Of a stretch of DNA of 63,566 bases, positions 1 through 6,690 are shown piece by piece. A program made the translations under genes and the position numbers. The stretch is from IMG/VR virus record IMGVR_UViG_3300025832_000008, positions 1 through 63,566 of that record; one strand, written 5' to 3'. Numbering within the stretch: position 1 is the stretch's first letter; each line of letters opens with the position of its first letter. The notes beneath the pieces were generated by a model. That model saw only the letters and a list, made by a program, of their open reading frames with translations. It did not search any database and was not told the DNA's origin. This DNA comes from a virus. Taxonomy: Duplodnaviria; Caudoviricetes.

Positions 1-65
1 TTCCGTAGAAGACTTTGTTGCTTTTTTAGTTGCCATTTGACTGTTTATTTAATTGATTTATAAGA

Positions 66-99
66 TATTATATATATTGCTTCGTTTTAAATCTGCAAG
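66..99 (-). promoter_or_regulatory. Phage-specific promoter-like motif, copy 1
   Basis: Minus-strand consensus CTTGCAGAT-N4-ACGAA-N7-TATATAATA. Lies 30 nt upstream of the ATG at 36 (gene complete at 58418..58711). Confidence 0.75.
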
Positions 100-152
100 T
101 GCTCACTTTGCGCTTGGTTAAGTTTATTATATTTAATTATTTAAATTATAGG

Positions 153-187
153 TTATTATATATATCACTTCGTTAAGAATCTGCGAG
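153..187 (-). promoter_or_regulatory. Promoter-like motif, copy 2
   Basis: ttattatatatatcacttcgttaagaatctgcgag; tandem with copy 1. Confidence 0.75.
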
Positions 188-229
188 TGTATAGCACTTC
201 GTGCTAATAATACTTTGAAGTGATCAATA

Positions 230-286
230 AAAAGTGTGACGTAGGGTGGAGTATACTCTTCCAACCCCTATTTCACTGGTCGGCCT
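230..286. repeat. Hairpin element A, copy 1
   Basis: aaaagtgtgacgtagggtggagtatactcttccaacccctatttcactggtcggcct; homologous to 1075..1131. Confidence 0.75.
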
Positions 287-311
287 ACTTAGCGAGTGTA
301 TAGCAGAGTGC

Positions 312-515
312 TTACCTTATCCAGCCATCACCATAACCGGTGATTGCTCTAACCCACTTGTAGCTTTTCTCGCCACTTTCTGGATAATCAACTCTCTCGC
401 AACCGCTTCGAAAGTCGTAGTTAAACACTACAGAATCTCTTTTTAAGAGCATTCTACATATATAGAGACCACTATAATTGAATAGTATCTCTAAGTTGTA
501 CCTTACATTCTTCAT
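312..515 (-). CDS. Hypothetical protein (67 aa)
   Basis: ORF directly downstream of promoter motif copy 3; AT-rich start context. Confidence 0.7.
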   Translation of the reverse strand: MKNVRYNLEILFNYSGLYICRMLLKRDSVVFNYDFRSGCERVDYPESGEKSYKWVRAITGYGDGWIR

Positions 516-552
516 AATAATTGGTATTTAATTGATTAATTTATTTGAATTG

Positions 553-584
553 TTATATAACTTACTTCGTCAAGTGTCTGTGAG
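553..584 (-). promoter_or_regulatory. Promoter-like motif, copy 3
   Basis: ttatataacttacttcgtcaagtgtctgtgag, upstream of the ATG at 515. Confidence 0.65.
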
Positions 585-626
585 TTAAAACACCCGCCAA
601 GCACGTTACTTGGCGAGTGTGTAGCA

Positions 627-947
627 CTATGATACTTTATTGTACCATATTTGCTTCAATTCTGATTCTATGTCTTCTGCACTAGCATTATCAAGTTCAT
701 CATTAAGTAGATCACCTAAGTAATTTCTTCTTGGTTCAACTTGTGAGCTGTATAGTGCTATCACTTTGTACATCTCTTCATAGTCAGGGATGTCTTGATC
801 TGGTGATTTCACCCAATACTTGTCTTCACTGTTGTCTTGATCATGAGTGACACAGAAAATAAATTCTTGTAGTCTCTCAAACTCTTCACCCCAAATAGTC
901 TTCACTAATTTAGAGTATGTTTCATAGTTAAATTCCTTCTTTGTCAT
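627..947 (-). CDS. Hypothetical acidic protein (106 aa)
   Basis: ORF downstream of promoter motif copy 4. Confidence 0.8.
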   Translation of the reverse strand: MTKKEFNYETYSKLVKTIWGEEFERLQEFIFCVTHDQDNSEDKYWVKSPDQDIPDYEEMYKVIALYSSQVEPRRNYLGDLLNDELDNASAEDIESELKQIWYNKVS

Positions 948-974
948 GAGTATTAAAATTAATTGATTTACAGG

Positions 975-1009
975 TTATTATATAATTTACTTCGTCAAGA
1001 ATCTGCAAG
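975..1009 (-). promoter_or_regulatory. Promoter-like motif, copy 4
   Basis: ttattatataatttacttcgtcaagaatctgcaag, upstream of the ATG at 947. Confidence 0.75.
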
Positions 1010-1074
1010 AAACGAGTGTATAGCATTACACTTACAATGACAACACCTTGAGGTGACGATGTGAATTGACATAC

Positions 1075-1131
1075 AAAAGTATGACGCAGGTCGGAGTATA
1101 CTCTTCTGACCCCTGTCTCACTGGTCAGCCT
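1075..1131. repeat. Hairpin element A, copy 2
   Basis: aaaagtatgacgcaggtcggagtatactcttctgacccctgtctcactggtcagcct. Confidence 0.75.
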
Positions 1132-1160
1132 TTAAACTTAGTATGTTAGAGAGTGGTTAT

Positions 1161-1547
1161 TTACTTAGGTAAATCACCATCCAGCCACCATTCAAAAGCA
1201 ATTTGCTTTGCTACCACATACATCAGAGCATCATAAGGTGTATAACCTTCTTCAAACTCCCAGCCATTGTAAGTTTCACACCCGAGTAACTCTAAACAAG
1301 AGATTTTGTCAAGGTGATCAAGCAGCAGTGGATCGTGGTGGTCGGTGACGTGTGTTAGAAGCGTCATACTCTCTTCCATATACTCATGAGCTTCGCTTTT
1401 ATCACTTACTCCTTCAAAGTCATACTCAGGGTGTATATATGCCACTTGCATATCATACCCATTTAACTGAGCGTCTAGTTGATACTCATCTGGTGAACCT
1501 TTCACCGATACGAGTATATCATTTTTAGTGTTACTACAATTTTCCAT
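1161..1547 (-). CDS. Hypothetical, strongly acidic protein (128 aa)
   Basis: D/E-rich ORF. Confidence 0.8.
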   Translation of the reverse strand: MENCSNTKNDILVSVKGSPDEYQLDAQLNGYDMQVAYIHPEYDFEGVSDKSEAHEYMEESMTLLTHVTDHHDPLLLDHLDKISCLELLGCETYNGWEFEEGYTPYDALMYVVAKQIAFEWWLDGDLPK

Positions 1548-1582
1548 AATATATAAAATTAAATTGGTTACTTGTTTAAATT

Positions 1583-1607
1583 AGAGGACGCTCTTGCGAG
1601 CATCCTC
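1583..1607 (-). terminator. GNRA-loop hairpin, possible weak terminator or processing site
   Basis: Minus strand GAGGATGCTC-GCAA-GAGCGTCCTC, after ORF 1616..1801; no clear U-tract. Confidence 0.5.
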
Positions 1608-1615
1608 ATTAGTTG

Positions 1616-1801
1616 TTATTTAGTAAAATAGGTGAGTCCTTTGTAGTTGATATAACTACTAATTCCTTCGCCACCTGTTGAAGTATTAATACAACCAAAT
1701 TTCTTTGGTATATTATTTAAGTCAAAATGCTCGAATTTTACTCCGTTTAGTCGAATTGCTTTCTTGAAAACAGTTTGACTGTTAAATTTAATAACGCTCA
1801 T
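1616..1801 (-). CDS. Hypothetical protein (61 aa), paralogue of 55265..55450
   Basis: Shared KFNS..FKK.I.LNG.KFEHFDL..IP.KFGC...G.GI..INYKGLTY. Confidence 0.85.
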   Translation of the reverse strand: MSVIKFNSQTVFKKAIRLNGVKFEHFDLNNIPKKFGCINTSTGGEGISSYINYKGLTYFTK

Positions 1802-1848
1802 AATAATTAATTGGTTTTAATTTATATATAAATAATTTTATATATAAA

Positions 1849-1883
1849 TTAATATATAAATCACTTCGTTAAGAATCTGCAAG
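1849..1883 (-). promoter_or_regulatory. Promoter-like motif, copy 5
   Basis: ttaatatataaatcacttcgttaagaatctgcaag. Confidence 0.75.
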
Positions 1884-1952
1884 AAATTCGCTGGTTTCTT
1901 TGCGAGTGTATAGCACTTTTTTACAGGTATTGGTTAAGGTGGTGGACGATGT

Positions 1953-1985
1953 AAAAAAAAAGGACAGCCTTGCGGCCATCCTTTT
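1953..1985 (-). terminator. Intrinsic terminator
   Basis: Minus strand AGGATGGCC-GCAA-GGCTGTCC followed by a T-run, just after the stop of 1992..2219. Confidence 0.85.
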
Positions 1986-1991
1986 GTTGGT

Positions 1992-2219
1992 TTATGACTT
2001 AGTTACTGATTCACATCCTCTAGCAAATGCTGGAACAGCATTAGTGTTGGTGTAATTTTTGTACTTGGCAAAGCATTCCATACCCTCAAATTTAACCTTA
2101 AAGGTGTTATACACTTCATCATGATCATACTTCCAATTTTCACCTTTTTTGTTGGTAAATTCAATAATTTCACCTTTACCAATTAGTGACTTTCTAATAA
2201 CAAATCTGTTGGTTTTCAT
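1992..2219 (-). CDS. Hypothetical 75-aa protein, RFVIRKSLIG family paralogue
   Basis: One of three tandem paralogues; a fourth lies at 58418..58711. Confidence 0.9.
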   Translation of the reverse strand: MKTNRFVIRKSLIGKGEIIEFTNKKGENWKYDHDEVYNTFKVKFEGMECFAKYKNYTNTNAVPAFARGCESVTKS

Positions 2220-2271
2220 AATAATAAAAATTAAATAAAATAAATTAAAAATTAAATAAATTAAATATAAA

Positions 2272-2306
2272 TTATTATATATTTAAACTCGTTAAGAATC
2301 TGCAAG
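2272..2306 (-). promoter_or_regulatory. Promoter-like motif, copy 6
   Basis: ttattatatatttaaactcgttaagaatctgcaag. Confidence 0.75.
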
Positions 2307-2354
2307 AGTGTATAGCAGCTTGCTGCTAAATAATATATACGATATATGCAGATG

Positions 2355-2385
2355 AAAAAAAGGGATACCCTTTCGGATATCCCTT
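2355..2385 (-). terminator. Intrinsic terminator
   Basis: Minus strand GGGATATCC-GAAA-GGGTATCCC plus T7. Confidence 0.88.
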
Positions 2386-2392
2386 GTGCTAC

Positions 2393-2620
2393 TTACGATT
2401 TTTTCACGCTTGGCAGCTGGCGAGCAAAAGCAGGCACCGCGTTTGTGTTCGTATAATTTTTATACTTAGCGAAGCACGGCATAGCTTCAAATTTGCTCTT
2501 GTGAGCGTTATAAACTTCATCATGATCATACGACCAGGTTTCACCCTTTTTGTTAGTGAACTCGATGGTTTCACTTTGACCAATTAATGACTTTCTGATA
2601 ACAAATCTGTTAGTTTTCAT
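2393..2620 (-). CDS. Hypothetical 75-aa protein, RFVIRKSLIG family paralogue
   Basis: Tandem paralogue with its own promoter motif and terminator. Confidence 0.9.
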   Translation of the reverse strand: MKTNRFVIRKSLIGQSETIEFTNKKGETWSYDHDEVYNAHKSKFEAMPCFAKYKNYTNTNAVPAFARQLPSVKKS

Positions 2621-2759
2621 AACATGTTGGTTTGTGTTAATAATTATAGTTAATTTGAATAATTATTAACTGGTTTATAAATAATATTTAAAAGAACTGA
2701 TATATATATAAAAATAATAAAGGTTTAATTTTTTATATTATTATTTTAAAATATATAAA

Positions 2760-2790
2760 TTAATATATATTTAAACTCGTTAAGAATCTG
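2760..2790 (-). promoter_or_regulatory. Promoter-like motif, copy 7
   Basis: ttaatatatatttaaactcgttaagaatctg, fused directly to tatagca. Confidence 0.72.
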
Positions 2791-2840
2791 TATAGCATTT
2801 GCAGCTTGCTGCAATAAAATGAGTAGATAAAAAGAAGAGT

Positions 2841-2875
2841 AAAAAAAAGGGACAGCCTCTCGGCTATCCCCTTTT
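2841..2875 (-). terminator. Intrinsic terminator
   Basis: Minus strand GGGATAGCC-GAGA-GGCTGTCCC plus T8. Confidence 0.88.
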
Positions 2876-2877
2876 GA

Positions 2878-3105
2878 TTAGGACTTGGTAACGCTTGGCA
2901 GTTCGCGAGCGAATGCAGGCACCGTGTTCGTGTTAGTATAGTTCTTATACTTGGCGAAGCAAGGCATGCTTTCGAACTTGCTCTTGTGAGCGTTATACAC
3001 TTCGTCGTGATTGTAAGACCAGGTTTGACCCTGTTTGTTGGTGAACTCAATCACTTCATTCTTACCTATTAACGACTTTCTAATAACGAATCTGTTAGTT
3101 TTCAT
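2878..3105 (-). CDS. Hypothetical 75-aa protein, RFVIRKSLIG family paralogue
   Basis: Tandem paralogue with its own promoter motif and terminator. Confidence 0.9.
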   Translation of the reverse strand: MKTNRFVIRKSLIGKNEVIEFTNKQGQTWSYNHDEVYNAHKSKFESMPCFAKYKNYTNTNTVPAFARELPSVTKS

Positions 3106-3232
3106 AACATGTTGGTTTTATGTTAATAATTATAGATTGTTTTGATAATTATTAACTGGTTTAAAATAAATTTTAATTTTTAATAAAATAATAAAATTAA
3201 ATTTTTATATTATTATTTTATTTTTATATAAA

Positions 3233-3263
3233 TTATTATATAAATTTGCTCGTTAAGAATCTG
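3233..3263 (-). promoter_or_regulatory. Promoter-like motif, copy 8
   Basis: ttattatataaatttgctcgttaagaatctg. Confidence 0.72.
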
Positions 3264-3442
3264 TATAGCATTTTATTTATATTATTTATACCATACTACC
3301 GGGGAAAAGGTGAAATACTTAGTAGATATTATATAAAACCCAAAAAAATTTACGAAAAACTCTATAAAACAGGGGGACCCCTTTCGTTTCAAAAAACTTT
3401 CTTTTTTATTTTTTTATTTTCAAAATAAGGTATTATACAAAT

Positions 3443-3482
3443 ACTCTCTACATCTAAGTACTCTCTACAAACACTCTCTACA
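3443..3482 (+). repeat. Three direct repeats of ACTCTCTACA
   Basis: At 3443, 3460 and 3473, in the divergent intergenic region. Confidence 0.8.
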
Positions 3483-3490
3483 AAAAAAAG

Positions 3491-3535
3491 TGTGACAATA
3501 GCCTTATAGATAGTATAGTAGGGGGCTAATGTCAT
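3491..3535 (+). promoter_or_regulatory. Long palindromic element P, copy 1 (operator/promoter-like)
   Basis: tgtgacaatagcc-N20-ggctaatgtcat; contains GTGACA-N16-TATAGT. Confidence 0.65.
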
Positions 3536-3591
3536 AGTTTTGAATATCTTCGTTAATGTGTAAGTATATAAGTATAATAAAAACAGTTACA

Positions 3592-4389
3592 ATGCAAACA
3601 TGGTTAAATAGAAAGATCCAGGGTCCTCGTCAAGTTGGTGGAGGTGATAAGAAAAAAGGTGGTGTAAAACCTTATGTAACATATGACCGTGACGACCCAA
3701 GGATTCAGTCGCACAGTGATAGTTTAGCTTCATATAATAATAGTAATAATGAATATTATGAACAATTTAAGTATGAGGATGATAGGAACAGGGCTGGAGA
3801 GGCAGAGTATCAAAGTAGACTTTCTGATGAGGACAGGGAATGGCAAAGGGCAAGAGGCGTTGAGCGTAAGCCCGAACCTTTACTAAGTAAGCAAGAAATT
3901 ATTTCAAGGGGTAGAAAATGGGCAGAGCCTGTTACCAATGTAAAGTATGCTTCAGATGGAGGAGACCCGTCTAAAAAGCGGCATTATATGAATTATACAC
4001 CCCCTACGGCCACTACTAGGCCAGCGGGTGTAGTAGGCCCTGGAACTCCTGGATATAGTAGTATGAAAAATAAATCAATAAAACCAACTTCTTTTATACA
4101 ATCAGATGGGTATGTGAAGGCGGTTTTTTTTGATAAACCTAAACAGGAAGTAATACTTAAGGGTTTAGAAAAGATGCCTATACTTAAAGGTAGTAGTAAG
4201 TTAGCATCTCCGAAAATTATTGATAGAAAATTAACGTCTAGAAAATTCACTACATCTCTATACAATCCCAATCCTAAAAAAAATAGTGCGGATTATAAAA
4301 AATATGGAGAAGTAAATTTTGGAGATAGAAGAGGTAACAAAGTATTGAATAAAGACCAATTTGTTAGCTTTGAGAAGTTTAAAAAATAA
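3592..4389 (+). CDS. Hypothetical basic protein, paralogue of 4395..5081 (probable start 3592)
   Basis: MQTWLNRKIQGPRQVG aligns with the N-terminus of the next ORF, which supports the ATG at 3592 over 3556. Confidence 0.8.
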   Translation: MQTWLNRKIQGPRQVGGGDKKKGGVKPYVTYDRDDPRIQSHSDSLASYNNSNNEYYEQFKYEDDRNRAGEAEYQSRLSDEDREWQRARGVERKPEPLLSKQEIISRGRKWAEPVTNVKYASDGGDPSKKRHYMNYTPPTATTRPAGVVGPGTPGYSSMKNKSIKPTSFIQSDGYVKAVFFDKPKQEVILKGLEKMPILKGSSKLASPKIIDRKLTSRKFTTSLYNPNPKKNSADYKKYGEVNFGDRRGNKVLNKDQFVSFEKFKK

Positions 4390-4394
4390 ATAAC

Positions 4395-5081
4395 ATGATG
4401 AGACAAACATGGTTAAATAGAAAAATAAATGGTCCTCGTCAAGTTGGTGAAGGTGTTAAACCTTATATAGCTAAAGACGATGCTGACTACGCTAAACGAA
4501 CACAAATGTATAATGATAGCTTAGCTGCGCACAATGCAACAGAGAATATTATCAATACTTTGAGAACCCCTAATATGATTGTCGATGATAATCCATATAC
4601 GGATCATAATTATTATACAAATGTAGAAGGTAGTACAGGTGACCTCAATAGTAAGCCATATGAATCTTATAGTGGTGTTAAGGGTGTTGCTCAAGATATT
4701 AAGACATTAAAGAGAACAGATAAGAGCTTAGGTAATACAGAGTCTGTTAAGAGTAAGATATATTATGATGGTGGAGGTGTAGGTCGTAGCCGTCACCGCT
4801 ATTCTACATTTGAATTACCGTATCGTCCAAAACCTAAGCAACCTATAGAAAGTAATAGATCTGATATGGCTAAAATGCCTACAAAAAAAGCTGCATTGTC
4901 ATCATCACAAAATAATAGCACTGTAAAATCTCGTGCACCAAAATACAATAAGCCATATAAGACTACATCTGGAAGCGATAAAAATTACGCTACAATTAAT
5001 AGATCAGATGGTACAGGTAATAAGAATTTAAGTAAGAATGAATACAATGCAGAGATGCGTTTATTTAAAAATAAAAAATAA
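4395..5081 (+). CDS. Hypothetical basic protein, paralogue of 3592..4389
   Basis: Shared QTWLNRKI.GPRQVG.G..KPY, DSLA and KPKQ..KMP motifs. Confidence 0.85.
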   Translation: MMRQTWLNRKINGPRQVGEGVKPYIAKDDADYAKRTQMYNDSLAAHNATENIINTLRTPNMIVDDNPYTDHNYYTNVEGSTGDLNSKPYESYSGVKGVAQDIKTLKRTDKSLGNTESVKSKIYYDGGGVGRSRHRYSTFELPYRPKPKQPIESNRSDMAKMPTKKAALSSSQNNSTVKSRAPKYNKPYKTTSGSDKNYATINRSDGTGNKNLSKNEYNAEMRLFKNKK

Positions 5082-5365
5082 TGGCACAGAAATTAAGTCA
5101 GAAAGCAAAGGCGGCTAAAGCTAAAAGAGATTTAGCGGCTGCTCTGACGCCTCGTAGAAGAAAGATGAAGGCTGCAAATCAGAATCGTAGAAGAGCGAAG
5201 CTTAAGAGCTTAACTGAAAAGTTTAATTCCGCTTCAGAAGCTAAGGCTTGGTTATCTGATAGAGATTGGGATCATGAAGATAGAAGATGGGAGTTGAAGG
5301 GCAAGAACAGAGGCAATGATGGTAATGGAACTAAGTCCGAAGGAAACAAAAAATATAAAGCGTAA
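5081..5365 (+). CDS. Small basic hypothetical protein (possibly degenerate HNH-like: DH...NRG)
   Basis: Translationally coupled ORF; K/R-rich; DWDHED...NRG pattern. Confidence 0.7.
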   Translation: MAQKLSQKAKAAKAKRDLAAALTPRRRKMKAANQNRRRAKLKSLTEKFNSASEAKAWLSDRDWDHEDRRWELKGKNRGNDGNGTKSEGNKKYKA

Positions 5366-6690
5366 TGGCAATAAATTATCAATACCCTAGAAAAGGTATT
5401 TTAACAGGAAATGAAGTAGTTAATATAGCTGACACGGATGATACATTAAATCCGTATTCTACTAAGACAACTACACTTCAAGATGTAGCTAATCTAGGTA
5501 GCGGCGGTGGTGGCGGTGGTGTAACAGATTTTACATCGACTGCTGGTACATTTATAAATGTAACCACAAACGCTGCCGCAACTGGTTCAGTTAGCATTGG
5601 GACCGTGGACTTGTCTGCAACAGGAACAGCAGATGCGACAACCTTTCTTCGTGGTGACAATACTTGGTCTACCTCAGGTGATGTAACTGGCCCTGCGTCT
5701 TCAGTTGATAGGTCTATACCAATATTCCAAGGCTCAACAGGAAAGATAATCCAAGACACAACGGGTGTAAGTATCGATGTAGACGGTAACGTAATGCTTG
5801 ATAACTGGCCAAGTGCAGAGGCTAATTTCATGGGTGATGTTGATGGTGCAATTAGATTTGCAGCTATAGCAGATGAAACCCTTTCTTTTGGTGACGTTGT
5901 TTATATTTCTGGCGAATCAGGAGGTAACACGCTAGTTAAAAAAGCGCAGTCTGATAGCTTGTCTACAATGCCAGCGTTTGGATTTGCTTATCAAGACGCC
6001 ACATTAGGTAACCCAGTACAGGTTGTAAGCTTTGGTAACATATATGGCCTTGGTTTAACAAAGTCACTTAATACTACAGTAGATTCAGATGGTAATTCAA
6101 TAACCGTAGGTGACACGCTCTATGTTAGCCCTACAATAGCAGGCGGATGGGAAAATGTAAGACCAACTGGGCCAGCAGAACTCGTGCAAAATATTGGTAA
6201 GGTAACTATAGTCCAGGCTATCAAAGGTGCAATTAAAGTAGTTGGTGCTGGTAGAGTAAACGATACACCAAACACTATAAGCATCACGGGAACGATAACT
6301 GGTTCTCGGGTAATATCTCCTCAGGTACTATCTCAAAAGTTTACTACTAACGAGGTTAGTGTAACTGGTTCTGGTTCTGGTCCAACTATCTTTACACACA
6401 ACGTAGATACTGGCTCTGTTGCTTTAATCACAATAACAGATCCAGTTGGAAGCAAATTGATACTGGATAATTTACCATCAGCAACACCAGTTATAGTAAA
6501 AGTAACACAAGGTGGTTCTACTTCTCCGTGGCCAAATATTGCGCTTTATATTGACGCTGGTGGTGGTACTATTGAGTGGTCTGGTGGTATAACCCCAACT
6601 ATTACACAAACAAGTGGTCAATCAGATATTTTAACATTCGTTAGAATTGGGACTAATGTTTACGCATCAATAAATCAAAACTTTAGCTAA
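5365..6690 (+). CDS. Putative tail fibre / structural protein
   Basis: G/T/S-rich; TFLRGDNTW fibre motif; poly-Gly linker; C-terminal W.GG..PT.T...D.LTF module. Confidence 0.7.
   Translation: MAINYQYPRKGILTGNEVVNIADTDDTLNPYSTKTTTLQDVANLGSGGGGGGVTDFTSTAGTFINVTTNAAATGSVSIGTVDLSATGTADATTFLRGDNTWSTSGDVTGPASSVDRSIPIFQGSTGKIIQDTTGVSIDVDGNVMLDNWPSAEANFMGDVDGAIRFAAIADETLSFGDVVYISGESGGNTLVKKAQSDSLSTMPAFGFAYQDATLGNPVQVVSFGNIYGLGLTKSLNTTVDSDGNSITVGDTLYVSPTIAGGWENVRPTGPAELVQNIGKVTIVQAIKGAIKVVGAGRVNDTPNTISITGTITGSRVISPQVLSQKFTTNEVSVTGSGSGPTIFTHNVDTGSVALITITDPVGSKLILDNLPSATPVIVKVTQGGSTSPWPNIALYIDAGGGTIEWSGGITPTITQTSGQSDILTFVRIGTNVYASINQNFS

Larger units (their letters stand above)
1..4868 (+). repeat. Direct terminal repeat / terminal redundancy, left copy
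   Basis: 1..4868 recurs at 58676..63566 (offset 58675, then 58698 after a 23-bp indel). ORF translations are identical beyond ~500. Confidence 0.97.

Noticed and set aside
246-446. + strand 66-aa ORF, its copy at 58944, and other antisense ORFs (e.g. 2384, 3993, 5478, 7675, 11279, 22595, 40057, 45506, 48498)
   Set aside because: Shadow ORFs opposite well-supported genes or structured elements, with atypical composition.
120-500. Diversity-generating retroelement TR/VR pair from the differences between terminal copies
   Set aside because: Substitutions are not adenine-specific, an indel is present, and no reverse transcriptase is encoded.
2760-3050. Alternative-frame minus-strand ORF overlapping 2878..3105
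   Set aside because: Runs through a terminator and a promoter; the paralogue frame is the conserved one.
66-3270. Repeated motif as a CRISPR array
   Set aside because: Repeats are degenerate and irregularly spaced (about 90-900 nt), are separated by whole genes, and no cas genes are present.
3246-3428. 60-aa + strand ORF
   Set aside because: TTG start inside a promoter motif; low-complexity A/T-tract sequence.
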